Assembly (NCBI RefSeq): GCF_036588685.1
Contig: NC_086377.1
Location: forward strand, 63,860,001 to 63,924,000
Length of the DNA stretch: 64,000 bases
Origin: Mytilus trossulus
Taxonomy: Eukaryota
Reading direction: 5' to 3'
The notes under the pieces are model-generated. The model searched no databases. It had not been told where the DNA came from and saw only the letters and a list, made by a program, of their open reading frames with translations. Shown piece after piece: positions 11,781-25,666 of this stretch. Positions within the stretch are counted from its first letter, which is position 1. Each line of letters opens with the position of its first letter. A program made the translations under genes and the position numbers.

Positions 11781-14734
11781 GATTGATTGATTGATTGTTG
11801 GTTGCTTTACGCCGCATTAGCACAAAAAGGCTATATCGCGGCGAGAGCTAATTCGAATATTTTTACAATTTAAAGCATATTTTAAAATAAGACAAAAAGT
11901 CCTTCAATATACTAAAATTCTTGACTAAAGCAAATTGAGTATATACAAATAAAAATCAACAGTAAAATAACGTGATAAAAATTAAAATCGATTTAAATAT
12001 AATAACATTTTTATATTTTATAATAAATTCCAATTTCTTTTAAAAAAGCAACAATATTTGTAAATGGAACATCATTAAATAAATCGTACATATTATTGAC
12101 ATTGAAATGCTTCTTACGAATATCAGCAAAGTCAATACAATTAATTAAAACATGTTTAATAGTATACTTGCAGTTGCAAGGAACACATTGTGGTTCATCT
12201 TCATTTTTTAAAAGATTGATTGATTGATTGTTGGTTGCTTAACGTCCAGTGGCAAATATTTCATGCATATTCAGGACGAGAACAAGTTCACAATGAATAC
12301 AATAGGTAGGTTGATATAATAGAGGCCATCTGGGATGATGGTCGGAGAAATTTTGACTGCCACCGGAAAAGGAGGGTTTATTGGATAGGGACAGAAATTT
12401 TGCCTTACAACAGGCCACCTACGGACCCCTCAAAGAGTTGTTGCAAGGGTTCTTAACGTGCAAAGAGCGTGGCATTCTCTTTACACGAGGCATCGGATTT
12501 AACGTCCCCATCTGACCGGACGTGACTGCGAACTTGATACATCCCGCACAGCCAAACGGACGCCCCACTTCGGCAAGCGTTTTACTGCCGGTCGGGAGAA
12601 GACCAAGTGACCATATTTCTATACCCCAGTCACCTCGTGTGTTACTATAGTATGACCAATACGACATCTAGTAATAACACACTGATCTTTTCTGCACATA
12701 ATATTATCAAAAGGTTTGTCTAAACTAGGTTTAATTTCATGCAATTTATTATCATCTTTTTTACTCCATTTATTTTTCAATATATTAAAAACATATTCTC
12801 TAATATTAGATTTAAAATCAGTATATGGTATATCACAGTTAGATAGAGGATCACCCAGGGCATTCTTTGCCTCAAGGTCTACAGCTGTGTTTCCAAGGAT
12901 TCCAACATGACTCGGAACCCATAAACATATTATTTCTTTCAGAAGAATTTTTAAATTCCTCATTACATATAACATTTTCAGGATTGTTGGGTTTTTAATT
13001 TTAGTATTTCGTATAGCTTGTAAACATGAAAGTGAATCCGAACATATAATAAATTTGGATTTATCTGAAGAAGCAATAAATTTCAAAGCCAAAATTATTG
13101 CTTCTGCTTCAGCAGTAAAGATGGATGCATCAGATGGCAAACGGAGGGTTGCAGCTCTGTCCCTGAAGACAGCAGCAGATACAACTCTATCACCATCTTT
13201 TGATCCATCAGTATAGACAGTTGAAAAATCTAGATAATCGGCTTTAATTTCAGCATAGTGTTGCTGAATTAAAAGAGGATTTGTTTTATTTTTATTGTGT
13301 TCACGGAGATCAAATATCATTTTTGGTTTGGGAAGTTCCCATGGAGGACATTTGCAAGTTTGAACTTGAGCAACAGATTTTGAATCAAAAGAAGCTAAAT
13401 GTGGTTTTAAACGTAAACCTAACGGAGGAATTTTATTTTCATGTTTTGCAAAAATATCTTCATAAATCAGATTAAAAACACAGCTGTAGGCAGGATTATC
13501 TGAATGGGCTTTTAGTTTGACAGCATATTGAAGTCCAAGCTTCAAACGTCTGTCAGTGAGTGAGTGCTCATCAGCCTCTACATACAGACTCTCAACTGGT
13601 GAGGTTTTAAATGCGCCAAGACAGAGACGCAAACCTTGGTGATGCACAGCATCGAGAATCTGTATGTAGGACTTCCTTGCAGAGCCATACACTATAGAGC
13701 CATAATCTAGTTTCGATCTAACAAGAGATCTATATAAATTGAGTAAAATGTTGCGATCAGCACCCCAGTCAGTGCTGCCGACAACTTTTAAAATATCTAA
13801 AGCTTTTAAACATCTCGCTTTTAACATTTTGATATGGGGTAGAAAGGTTAACTTTTTATCGAAAAGTAAACCAAGAAATTTGGTTTCATCAACCATTTTA
13901 ATTGGGTTGCCGTACAAGGTTAGTTCTGGATCAAGATGCAATTTTCTTTTGTTACAAAAATGCATCCCGACCGTTTTAGAAGTGGAAAATTTAAAACCAT
14001 TTTCCGAGGCCCATTTTTCAATTCTTCCAAGACATAATTGTAATTGTCTTTCAATGTTATTCATATTTTTGCCTCTGTAACATATTAAAAAATCATCAAC
14101 GTACAATGAACCTTCAATATTACTTTTTAAAACTTCAACAAGGCTGTTGATTTTAAGACTAAATAATGTTACAGATAAAATACTGCCCTGAGGGACACCC
14201 ATCTCTTGATCATAATGATCAGACATGGTCGAATTAACTCTAACATTAAATTGTCTGTTAGAGAGAAAATTAGAAATAAAATTAGGCATATTGCCTTTCA
14301 ACCCCATATCAAATAGATCTTTTAAAATACCATATTTCCATGCAGTATCATAGGCCTTCTCAAGGTCGAAAAAGACCGACACCACATGCTCATTTTTCGC
14401 AAAACCATTACGGACAAATGATTCGAATCGAACAAGATGATCAAGAGTACTGCGACCCTGTCGGAATCCACACTGGATATTGGCTAATATCCCATTGGAT
14501 TCCAGGAACCAAACAAGGCGATCATTGACCATCCGTTCGAGTGTTTTACAGACACAACTAGTAAGAGCAATTGGTCGATAATTAATAGGATCCGTATGAT
14601 CTTTACTTGGTTTTGGAATAGGCACGACGGTTGCAAGCTTCCAGATTGATGGTAAATCACCAGATTCCCAGATGTTATTCATGAGCTGCAAGAGAGCCTC
14701 TAGCGAGGAATCTGGCAAGTGTTTTAAGAGTTGG
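11781..14734 (-). mobile_element. 5'-truncated I-group (Nimb/I-like) LINE: RT + RNase H + C-terminal CCHC
   Basis: YRPIALTS, QCGFR, FFDLEKAYD, GVPQGS, LYVDD, RNase H YTDGSK, CVPCNC..HVLINC. (CAAT)n tail at 11781. 13-bp TSD TATCCTAATATTA at 11768-11780 and 14735-14747. Confidence 0.9.
12215..12635 (-). mobile_element. SINE copy inserted in the LINE ORF2 C-terminus
   Basis: Near-identical to 1965-2392; splits RIGHTIVTHE from LKNEDEPQC. Confidence 0.85.
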
Positions 14735-16041
14735 TATCCTAATATTAAAGGAAGGAGGCAGAAGTAACACAAATGAATCAGGATGCCGTGAAGAAATGAA
14801 GACAATGGATATAAAGGTGAGATATGTTTATAGATATACATGTAGCAATGTCGACCTATTATAAAAATAAAGTATTCTTTGAAAGATATGTTTCAAAACC
14901 TCATTGGATGTGACCATAATTTTCATTCTTTGATGACATTTGTATCTTACATTACCATCATGACCCTGTTTAATAAATGACATTTTCTTTTTGTTTTATT
15001 TTCAGATTAACAAGCTATTGCAATTGGTAGAACTTTTTACAAAGTGCAAGTCTTGTCTGAAGAAAGCATATAAGGTATAAAATTTAATAATCTGTTCATT
15101 CAAGTGCTAACAAATTTTCTTGTAATGTAAATTACGTAACGTCTGAGTCTTATTACTTTCCCCATACGATTCAAGCTTGATGTATGGCCTGTAATATCCT
15201 AACCCTGTTTAATGATGAAGTTAAACAAATTGTAGCAGTTTCTTATTCAAAATAATGAAATAAGACAATTTGTAAGTTAACCTAATAATATTTTGATGAT
15301 GCAGTGCTATGTAAATAATTTGGTATGGTTCACACCAGCAAAGAAAGGGGATACCAAAGTTATGTTAAATAGTAACCACTTTTTATCATTTCAGATGCAT
15401 GTCTAATGACTCCAATAGATGCCTATGGTATCTGCATGGAAACTAATATATTCCTGTCATCATCACGCTATCTTTCATTTTTTTTTTTATTTCATGATCA
15501 GATTGCCAGTTGTGAAAGTGGCTACAAGGGGGAGGACAAAGGTATTGAAGAAAGCTCAGTTCAGACAGTTGATAAAACCCCTAGCTGTACAGATGAATGA
15601 AAAGTCAGCAGACTTTAATGAGGATGAGACTAATAATGGTAGAAAATGGCAATTGTAGATTGATTTCAAAGATTCTTACAATAATTCTCCAGTTAAATTT
15701 GAATTTATAACAACATTAAGTATAAATTACACTTATGATTTGGTATTGGATTATTTCTATTTTATTATTGGAATAATAAATTACTTGAGCTACTTGATTA
15801 ATCCTAAGTGTTGATGTAAGATCATCTGTATTAACATATTACAAAATCTTTTATTGATTAGCAATTGCCTGTCTGTTTGTATTAAATAAAATTTAGTTCA
15901 TTGTACGTTCACGAATATTCATGACATGTGACCATTTGTTTGCACTTATAACCTGTGCGGTCATCCTTCTAACCATCGACTCTGGCTATAGCCTAAGAAG
16001 AGACACATGTATTCCCCGATGAATTGTAATTATGATATACT

Positions 16042-19000
16042 TTTTTTTTTTGTAATGTGTTTATTGGCAAAGAACTTCATATATGCAATATAATTATAGT
16101 AAATAAGTTCATAGTACATCAGCAAAATCGAGACAAGTACATAAAGTTGATATTTTGAATCCTTCTATAAACGTATATTGATATTATTAATAATTTTAAA
16201 AAGGAATAGAAAATCTAAATCAAAGGTAGCATGGATTGGGTAGATATTTTTATTACATGAGAGTTTGCTTATAAAATCATTCTATTAGTTGGAGCCAGGG
16301 GTTCCAGCAGGCGTACGCTCTTTGCAATGGTTTATTTTTATAAAATATTATTTTTTCAATGAACAAATTTTCTTTAAGGTAATTTTTTAAGGCTACATTA
16401 TTTACTTGTCCACATTGCATTTTTGTTTTGTATATATAATATTTGGTTAATAGTATTATGAGATTTCTTATGTAGTTTTTTTCTGTTTTTTCTAATATCC
16501 CAAATAAGACAATATCTAAATTAAGTGGTAGTTCAATTTGGACTTTTGCAAATATCCATTTATTAAGTTCTTCCCAAACATCAAAAACTTTTGGACATGT
16601 CCAGAATATGTGTTCAATAGTTTCTATTGAGTCTGAACAGAAAGTGCATTTATTGTTTTGTGAGATTTTAATTTTGTAGAGAAATTTATTTGTTCCCAAA
16701 ATTCTGTGATTAATTCTGTATTGGAGCCACTGTAATTTTGAGTTTTTAGTAATGTAAAATGGAAGTCTGTATATTTTATTCCAAATAATATTATGTCTAT
16801 TTAGGATTAAAGACCACTTTTCCTGTGATGTGATATTGGTTATTTTTTTATTTAAAACATTATACATGTCTTTTGATCCTTTTGTAGATTTCATAAATAT
16901 AGAAATAGTAGTTGGTATAATTGGCCCATAAGGCTTCATAAGCTGATTATTTTTAATATTAAGACTTTTCATATAGGAATGAACAGCTGACATTACTCCT
17001 TGAAATATAAGAAAGTTGGTATCAACATCATATGTTTTTTTAAATTCCTGCCAATTCATTAAATGTCCATCATTATCAATTAAATCATTTATTAACCAGA
17101 CGCCCTTTTCAGTCCATTTTTTATACAGAGGGGTTTGATTACCAATTTTAATTTCTTTATTATTCCAAAGATTAGATGCGATAAAATCATATTCGTTCTT
17201 AATAGCTACTTTGGTTTGTAGTTCAGTCCAAGCATTAAAAACCTCCAGCCAAAAAGGATTTTTAACTTGTGTTCTTGGACCTACCAAGAATAATTCATTT
17301 AATTCAATTTTTTCAGTACAAGTTAGTAATTTACAATAGTTATTAGTTTGTTTGATTTATTCTTCTTATCCAAGTTAGTTTTAATCCTTTGATGTATTGT
17401 TTTAGATTTAACATGTTAAGTCCACCCAGTTCATATATTTGAGCAATTGTTTCCCTTTTAATTTTGTCTGGTTTACCATCCCAAATAAAATCAAATAATT
17501 TTTTTATGAATTGATTAAGCAATCCATTATTAAGATTTGGTAAAGTTAAAAATAGGTGATTGAGCTTTGAAATTATAAGACTTTTAATTATTGTAATTTT
17601 TCCAATTGGGGATAAGTATTTGTTAGACCAGCTTTTCATTGTTCTTTCTATCTCTTTAAATTTGGGTTCAAAATTTAGTGTTTCCATTTCTTGTAAGTCT
17701 ACTGAATATTTAATACCCAAGAGCGTAAATCTGTTGGAACCCCACTCCAATCCCCACTTTACACACATTGTATCTTGGCTATATTTCTTTTTCCCAATCC
17801 AGACTACCTTTGTTTTCTCTAAATTCATCTTGAGACCAGACCATTCAGCATATAGTTCTAAAACACAAAGAGATGCATCTAAGGAATCTGGTGAACCATC
17901 TAAAATAAGTGTGGTGTCATCAGCATATTGTGATATCAAAAATTCAGAGTCTTCAATAGTAATACCTTTTATGTTTTCGTTTTTTCTAAGTAATATTCCT
18001 AAAATTTCTGCACATAACAAGAAAATGTAAGGAGATAAAGGATCCCCTTGTCTGCAACCTCTTTCAATTGTAAAAAAATCTGATAGAAAATTATTCTGCG
18101 TTATTGCTGATTTAGTATTTGTAAAAAAAGTTTTAACCCAATGTTTTATGGAATTTCCAAAGTTGAAAAAGTCAAGAACTTGTTCTATGAAAATCCAGGA
18201 TATTGTATCAAAAGCTTTTTCGAAGTCAATGAGGAGGAGAATGCCTGGGATATCATTTTCTTCAGTGTAGTGTAGTAAATCGTATATTAATCTGGTGTTT
18301 TCACCAATAAATCTACCAGGTATAAATCCGGTCTGGTCATTATTAATTAAAATTGTTAAAACTGACTTTATCCTTTCTGCAATGCAACTTGATGCTAATT
18401 TATATATATTATTTAAAAGACTGATTGGCCGCCAATTCTTCATGTATTGTTTTGGTTTGTCACCTTTTGGAATGCAAGTTATAATTCCTTGTTTTTGGGT
18501 AATAGACATTTCCCCTTGATTATAGCCATATTTAATTGATCTATGTATGAATTTACCTATATCAATCCAAAAAAATTTAAGAAATTCATTTGTATATCCA
18601 TCAGATCCAGGGCTTTTCTCATTTTTCATTCTTTTAATTGCATCAGTCAATTCTATAAATGATATTTCCCCTTCTAACGACTTCCATATTTTCAGATAAT
18701 TTTGGTATATCTTTATGGGGTAAAGCATTATTCAGATTAATAGATTTTATAGTCTCATTTTTGGAATATAGATTTTTGTAATAATTTTTGGCTTCGTTTA
18801 GAATTTGTTTTTGGTTTTCAATTATATTTCCTGATTGATCAATTAATTTAGGAATTGTTTTATTGACATAATTTTTTGTCTCTAAATTTATGAAAAACTT
18901 TGACGGTTTCTCTCCTTCTTCTACCCATTGTGTTTTTGACCTTATGTATTGACCCCTCATTTTATTTTGTCTGATAATTCTAAGTTCCGTTTTCTTTTTT

Positions 19001-20590
19001 TCTATCTGTTCCAAAATTTCATCTGTTTGGGTTATTTCTTCCAACTTGTTTATATCTTCAGCTAGCAAATGTTCTAATTTATTTGTTTCCTTCTTTTTAA
19101 ATGAAGCATACGATATTGTTTTCCCCCTTATTTCAGTTAACAATGTTTCTAAAAATAATTGATCACTTATTGTGAACTCAATTTCACTAGGGTCTACTAA
19201 GTTTAGGTTTTCTCGATTATATACAAGAGAAGCATATTGTTCTTTAGTTTTATTTATTACCTCTTTTACAATATGGATATAATCTGGATCATATAAAAGA
19301 GAATTGTTAAATTTCCATAAACCCCTCCCAATTCTGAAGTTATTAAGTTTTATTTGTAAAATAATAGGCGAGTGATCTGATCTATAACTATTTTGTATCT
19401 TTAAGTCATGTACATTTGGATAAAAGCTCTGTGAAACTAAAAAAAAATCTAGTCTGGCCTGTTTTATAGGGTTTGGTTTCCTCCAAGTATATCTTTTACT
19501 TTCTGGATATAGTTCTCTAAATGGATCAGTTAAGTTGTAAATTTCCTTTATATCTAACACTCTTTCCTTAGCTTTTGGATTATTTATATTTAAGTAATTA
19601 AAAGTATCAAGGTCTTGATTTTGCACTAAGTTATAATCTCCTGTCACAATGACAGTATGATTATCAAATTCTTCAATTATTTCGCTAACTTTATCATAAA
19701 AATCAGGACTGTCACTATTTGGACCATATAATGTAATTAAAGTAATATTGTTATCTTCAATTTTAATATTTAATCCTAATAGATTTCCATTTTGATCTTT
19801 TTTGCTTTGTAAAATCTTATATTCAAAATTATTATTAAATAAAATGGCCACTCCTCTTTGATTTGAAGAAAAGGAACTAAAGACGCATTCTCCACCCCAT
19901 TGATTCTTAACAAATTGTTCATCTTTTTCAGAAAAGTGTGTATCTTGAAGACAATACATGCTACAATCTTTTGCTCTTAGATAGTCTAAAACATCTCTTC
20001 GCTTTTCAATTGAATTAAGTCCTTGGCAGTTGTATGAGACAATCTGAATAAGATTATTTTTCATTTAGAGTATAAATGACATAAACAGTTTGAAACATTA
20101 TTTATATAAAATGACAGAAAAAGTCCCACACAACTGACAATAAGTAAAGAAAATTTAACACAATGTATGTTATGTACTAATGGTCTGGTCTCTGATTCAA
20201 ACATGATGTTAATTGTAATACTTCTGCTATAAATTTCTATATCTTCATGTATATTTGCCAATAAAATAATAAAGAAAATAATAAAACATTGTACAGAAAA
20301 GAAATGAAAAAAAAATGAGTAAAAAATAAATGAAAATAATAAATATGAGTAAGTCAATAAATACAGGATATATACCTACAAATGGTATAGTCACCCAGCT
20401 TACTGAAATTACAATTTATAGTCTGTTGTGAGAAAAAAGGGGGGATTGTTATACTTTGAACAAAGGTTAACATTATGAAATGATCATTCATTGAGCAGAA
20501 AATATAACTTGATTGATGAATAAATCAGCTGTACTCATCATTCTTTTGAATCCTTGATTGAATAATATTTTTTTAAGTATTTAAATATAC
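16042..20590 (-). mobile_element. 5'-truncated L1/Tx1-clade LINE (APE endonuclease-RT-zinc finger ORF2, frameshifted, no ORF1)
   Basis: SYNCQGL, CLQDTH, GDYN, SDH, WRPISLLN, RQGDPLS, QYADD, CTFC..EHIFWTC. AATAAA and poly(A) at 16042-16065. 17-bp TSD TGTAATTATGATATACT at 16025-16041 and 20591-20607. Confidence 0.92.
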
Positions 20591-21262
20591 TGTAATTATG
20601 ATATACTGGTTATTATGTTTGTATTTGATACATGCATGTAAAATTAGAATTAAAGGTTATAGCGATCGAGTATCACACCTACATTATGTCAATTGTTCTA
20701 TGTTATAAGACCATGGGGAGAATATAAGAAAGGATAATTGTTTTTCTATTTGTAGGATCAATAATACATGTAATACAAGGACCTTCAGCAGAATCTGAGG
20801 ATGACAATTCAGCAAGTGGTGGAGAAGAAGGTAATAAATCATTGCTTTGGCATGTAGACTTTAGCTGTAGCTGTGTACAATTTTGAAATTCTTTAATAAA
20901 AAAAATATCCTAAAATATTGGCAAATCCCTGAATTTTTATTTTTGGCCAAATTGGTTACATACTACAATAATACACCTGAATACTATTTGGTCCAATCCG
21001 GTCTAGTATAACTGTCTAGAAGTGTTCTGCAGTAAAATTACTGTTTAAAATTAGTGACTACAGGATCCTACGAGCATATGTGTTTTAATATCTGCTATAA
21101 GAAAGATTTAGATTTTACTTTAATAACATTTATTTTTATTAACGCAAAATGCATCAGATGATATAAAACAGAAATACTCTGAAGTCTAAATATATTTGTC
21201 CAAAATAAGTCTTGTACATACACAATATCTCATTAAAGACTTTTTTTTTCCTGATTTACTTG

Positions 21263-21450
21263 TAGAAATGGCCTATGTGGGAACACCCAAGTATGGTGTT
21301 AAATTGAGCAAGGCAGAAATGGCCTATGTGGGGGCACCCAAGTATGGTGTTAAATTGAGCAAAGTAGAAATGGTATATGTGGGAGCACCCAAGTATGGTG
21401 TAGAAATGGTCTATGAGGGAGCACCCAAGTATGGTGTTAAATTGAGCAAG
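21263..21450 (+). repeat. 51-bp coding tandem repeat (~4 copies, one shortened; EMAYVGAPKYGVKLSK)
   Basis: AGAAATGG(C/T)(C/A)TATG..CACCCAAGTATGGTGT is repeated four times. Confidence 0.85.
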
Positions 21451-21726
21451 GTTATTCTTGGCAGAATATTGAAATCATCAAAAACTCCAGAAAAGCTTGC
21501 TCTAAATTTGATAACTCCTGTCCTATCAGATTATGAGATCAGTAATTGCACTCTATATGGAAACGATCAATTTAATAAGGGAGCGGTGTTTTCATTCCCT
21601 TTATAATTTGTTAACTTTATTAATTTTGCCTAATTGTCATTGTTTACATTTGTACTTTTCATTTAAGTACTACTCTCACTTTTCAATCTAGGTAAATTTA
21701 CCTTTACCTTTATTTTTATAATTACC

Positions 21727-23209
21727 TGTAGTTTCATTTTAAAGAGTACTTTCACTTTCACTTAAAAGAGTGTATTTCCTGTTTCCTGTGTATACTCATA
21801 GATGTTGTGTACCACAACAAGGTGAAACATGTTTTAAATCTTCAAAGAACTTGGTCATCCTATGCTAGCAGACCAATATGTAAGTTAATTTTTGATATTA
21901 GATGTTTATTCTATGCAGATGCATATGTATTTTTGAAATATATTTAATATAAAAGAAGTAATTGTACAAGACATATCACATACATATTTTGTTAATTTTC
22001 TCAAGTATGGCAACCCGTCAGAGACATTATGTTTTATGCCAAGGCTATATATTATGGTATTTTTCATGTGTAGGATTATTTGTCTAATTTTTTCAAGTAT
22101 TTTGATAAATAAATACATTGTTTTGTTTCCAAAATTCACATTTATCTGTGTTTTCTTTAAATTGTAATTTTTATCAGCTAGTATAAGGTTTTCATGTTTC
22201 TATAATAGCTTTTACCACACGCACTCAACACATGTCTGTAACAACTGTATATCATAGCAAATAATAAACATTATTCGTCAAAATGAATTCAGTGATTAGT
22301 ACTTGCCACATAGAGTGTTTTGGTTAACTATTTTAGCTACCTAACGGTATATATAGTAAAAGATATTGAGGTTCGGATGTCAGATAGCCGAGTAAGGAAA
22401 TTTACAGTAAAAGGCAAAGCAATGTTTGACGAACAAAGTGAAAAACTAAAGGACAAAGTAGACAATGTATGGTCTAAGTTAGAGGATTTATTTGTTCCTC
22501 TGTCATCCTGTCAGATGATAAAGTATTATAGAAATTTAGAGAAAAATGTTAATACAAATTTCAAAGAATTTTGTCGTCGTTCAGAAGATTATAAAAAATA
22601 TTTACAAAGGACAAATACTGAAGAATCCAGAAAAGTGTTGCACGATCACAATGAATTATTTGATAGTTGTATTACCGTCGTCAGAAGAATTAGTAACGAT
22701 ATTAAGAAAAAGAAACTTGAATTAGTTGAAGAATTATCGGAAGTGAGTGGATCAACAGTTGGGTCATCAGCGAGTCATAAAAGAGCAAAAGCAGAGGCAG
22801 AAAAGGTTCGTTTAGAATATGTTAAAAGAGAAAGTGAACTGTTAAAACAAAAAGCAGATATAGAAGCAAGTATGAGCGTTGTAAAACAAGATGAATAGTT
22901 GAAGCAGCAGAGGAAGAGGCCAGAATTTTGGAATATCAAGATCAAGATTTGCCTATGGTGTTAGAGGACAAACATGACAAGGTTAGCAAGTACGTAGACA
23001 TATTACCAAGTTATAGTGCAAATCAATGGACAAATGGTGTTGACTTTTCTGATAATCAGCCATATATTTCAGTGACGGCTCCGTTTGCTCCTCAATAATC
23101 TTCCTCCTGTATCATCTGAAATATTATCCATGATGCAACCGATTTCGGCTACAATGTTAAGTCAACCGATTTCCGCTTCAGTGTCAAGTCAACCGATTTC
23201 AGGTAATAT
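21727..23209 (+). mobile_element. Truncated BEL/Pao LTR retrotransposon 5' part (possible LTR 21727-22310, gag N-terminus from 22377)
   Basis: MSDSRVRKFTVKG..KRAKAEAEKVRLEYVKRESELLKQKA coiled coil resembles the gag N-terminus at 26580. The TG..CA LTR borders are tentative. Confidence 0.5.
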
Positions 23210-23210
23210 A

Positions 23211-23340
23211 TGCCTTGGATAAGAAAATCCTCAGTTTTTCGAAAAATTCAAAGTTTTGTAAACAGGAAATTTATAAAAATTACCACATTATTGATATTCA
23301 TGCAACTCCAAAGTGTTGACTACTGGGCTGGTGTTGACAC
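23211..23340 (-). repeat. Retrozyme-family fragment without ribozyme
   Basis: Reverse complement of 905-1027 (GATAAGAAAATCCT..GTTGACTACTGGGCTGGTG). Confidence 0.7.
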
Positions 23341-23707
23341 CAGGATTCAAGGCAACTCTCAAAGTCCTACACTGACAATCTTTCAAGCAATGTTGGTCGC
23401 CTTGTAAACACATATATATGATACTCGTTCTTCTTCTGATACGGTATACATGTATAGCTTCGTTTATATTAAAGATTACGAACTGTAAATACTTATAAAA
23501 TATAACATTATATATGGACAATGGGAAGATAAACGTGTCCATGTTATTGTCTAAACACCTGAAGAAGTGATAGAGTAAAATTAAAAACAACTTATACCTA
23601 AACTGTTGGATACAAGAGGCGGTATGAGGACTGATAATATAAATCTATAAATATTTGCCTCTAAAAACGCAATTCTAATTTTATTTGGCTTTCTCACTTT
23701 TTTTTAC

Positions 23708-23910
23708 CCGGGATGATCGTCGGGGAAATTGAGACTCACCGGAAAGAGAGATTTGATAGGGACAAAAAATATTGCCTAGCAACAGGCCACATGCAGACCC
23801 CTTAATGAGTTGTTGCAAGGGTTCTTAACGTGCAAAGAGCGTGGCACCCTTTTAAACGAGGCATCGGATTTAACAAACCCATTCTGACAGGGCGTGGCTA
23901 CAAACTTAAC
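23708..23910 (-). mobile_element. Diverged SINE fragment
   Basis: GAGTTGTTGCAAGGGTTCTTAACGTGCAAAGAGCGTGGCA matches the other copies. Confidence 0.75.
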
Positions 23911-25424
23911 TCGTACAGCGATCCTGGTCGGAACTTGCCGTAGACATATAAGAATATCAGAAACAACACTGCCTACTTGTAGATGACTAACATTCAAAAT
24001 GGCTGGAAGTAATGAGACTGGGTAACGAAACAAAGAATAACACTATCAGATTTTTTAAAAGGACTGATGTCAATCATTCACGGGCATTATTGTCTAATAG
24101 GCATCCTGATAGCCTAACACAATCGTTGGGAAACATCGTTCCAATTGGTTTGGTGTGATGTCAAGTCAGTGGTCTACACTATGCTACTTATAGTATGTAC
24201 ATATCTATGCTCTTGGTTTAGGCATAGAGCAAATACCTATTTTTTTAGCTGAGTAGATTCCCAAGGTCACAATAGTGATAAATATATATATAAAATAAAA
24301 CTTCAGCGTTGTGTAGGACTTCAAGAGACTTTCAAACAGTTGATTAACAGAGACAAGACTCATGATATGAATAGAGAATTTAACCTACAACAGTGGAATA
24401 ACCATGCACAGGTTGGCTTTAGAAGTGAAACCTGCATTTCTAACAGGGAAAATTACCAAGAACACAGTTTACCAGGACATACAGATTTTATTTTCGGACA
24501 AGGGTACTCAGTTGTCTTCGTAATAACTACAATAAATGCTACCAACAATTTATTTGATCATTCCTAGTGCAGAGCATGATATTTAGACAGTAGGAAGAAA
24601 TTGTTGGACCATGTACATTGTGTAGGAATTTACCATCAATTTAGAAACAATCAAAATGTTTATAGTTTGCAGAATCAGTGCTTGTATATTTCTATGGAGG
24701 AACATATTGAATCGGATACAGAGATATTGACTAATAATATGTGGCTTTCAGAGGATAGACGGATGGCGTTTACCATGTGGATTAAATATGACTATTGAAG
24801 TATTCCTAATAATATGTGGATTAAATAATATATCCGAATGTTTATTATGTGAAATGAAAAAGGACAATTTATGAATTCTAATATGTGGATTAAAACATAT
24901 GGCTAAGTTGTTGTAGAGTAAGCACATATCATAGAGAGGTTATTGCTGTTGACTATGGAGATAAACAATGAAATTGATTTTAGATATATGTGGATAAATG
25001 AATTGGTATTCATCATGGATATTTTCTTCAAGAACTTTAATAGTGTTGGATTTGTCTTAATTAATTTATTTCTACTTTAAACAGCCAGTGTCTTCTTGCT
25101 ATTTAAACAGTTGATGTGTATTTATTATGTTCATTGTATTGGGATTCTTAATTTGAGTAATAATAAGCATCATGATAAATTATTTTATCAATACAACTTT
25201 TCGTAATTATTTTGAAACTTGAGAACATTATGTCCTCTGATTGTTTAATCCCAACTACACTTGTTCCTACCTGGTTTTTGTTGGAAGAACATAATCAAAA
25301 CAGAGACATTCATAGAGTGATTTTACTCTATTCAGAAATGGAATCATTTGAAGTTCAAGGTGTATATAGTCTGAAATTATATCACACTCTGACGTATTTA
25401 TTCTCTGGCTATAAAGAGATATAA

Positions 25425-25629
25425 AAACTAAGGATTTTCTTACCCCAGAGGTAGATTACCTTAGACGTATTTGGCACATTTTTTTGGAAATGTGGATCCT
25501 CAATGCGCTTTAGCTTTGTATTTATTTGGCTTTTTAACTATTTTGATCTGAGCGTCACTGATGAGTCTTATGTAGACGAAACGCGCGTCTGGCGTATTAC
25601 ATTATAATCCTGATACTTTTGATAACTAT
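25425..25629 (+). mobile_element. Retrozyme-family repeat carrying an intact hammerhead
   Basis: Homologous to 1005-1210 and 6086-6290. Confidence 0.8.
25553..25594 (+). ncRNA. Type I hammerhead ribozyme (intact core; predicted cleavage after C25589)
   Basis: Stem I CGTCA/TGGCG, CTGATGA (25558-25564), stem II GTCT-TATGT-AGAC, GAAA, minimal stem III C-GCGC-G, GTC cleavage triplet. Confidence 0.85.
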
Positions 25630-25666
25630 AGACAACCAAATAAAACATATGATACAGTACTAGTAT

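Larger units (their letters stand above)
11694..21606 (+). pseudogene. Probable interrupted multi-exon gene with a K/E-rich exon and BEN-domain-like exon (21266-21600)
   Basis: Exon-like segments with AG/GT borders: 11694-11780 rejoining 14748-14816, 20756-20830 and 21266 onward. ILKSSKTPEKLALNLITPVLSDYEISNCTLYGN is BEN-like. Confidence 0.35.

Noticed and set aside
14735-14841. Hydrophobic N-terminus of the 740-aa RT ORF as a signal peptide
   Set aside because: It lies outside the TSD; it is flanking DNA read in frame with a 5'-truncated LINE.
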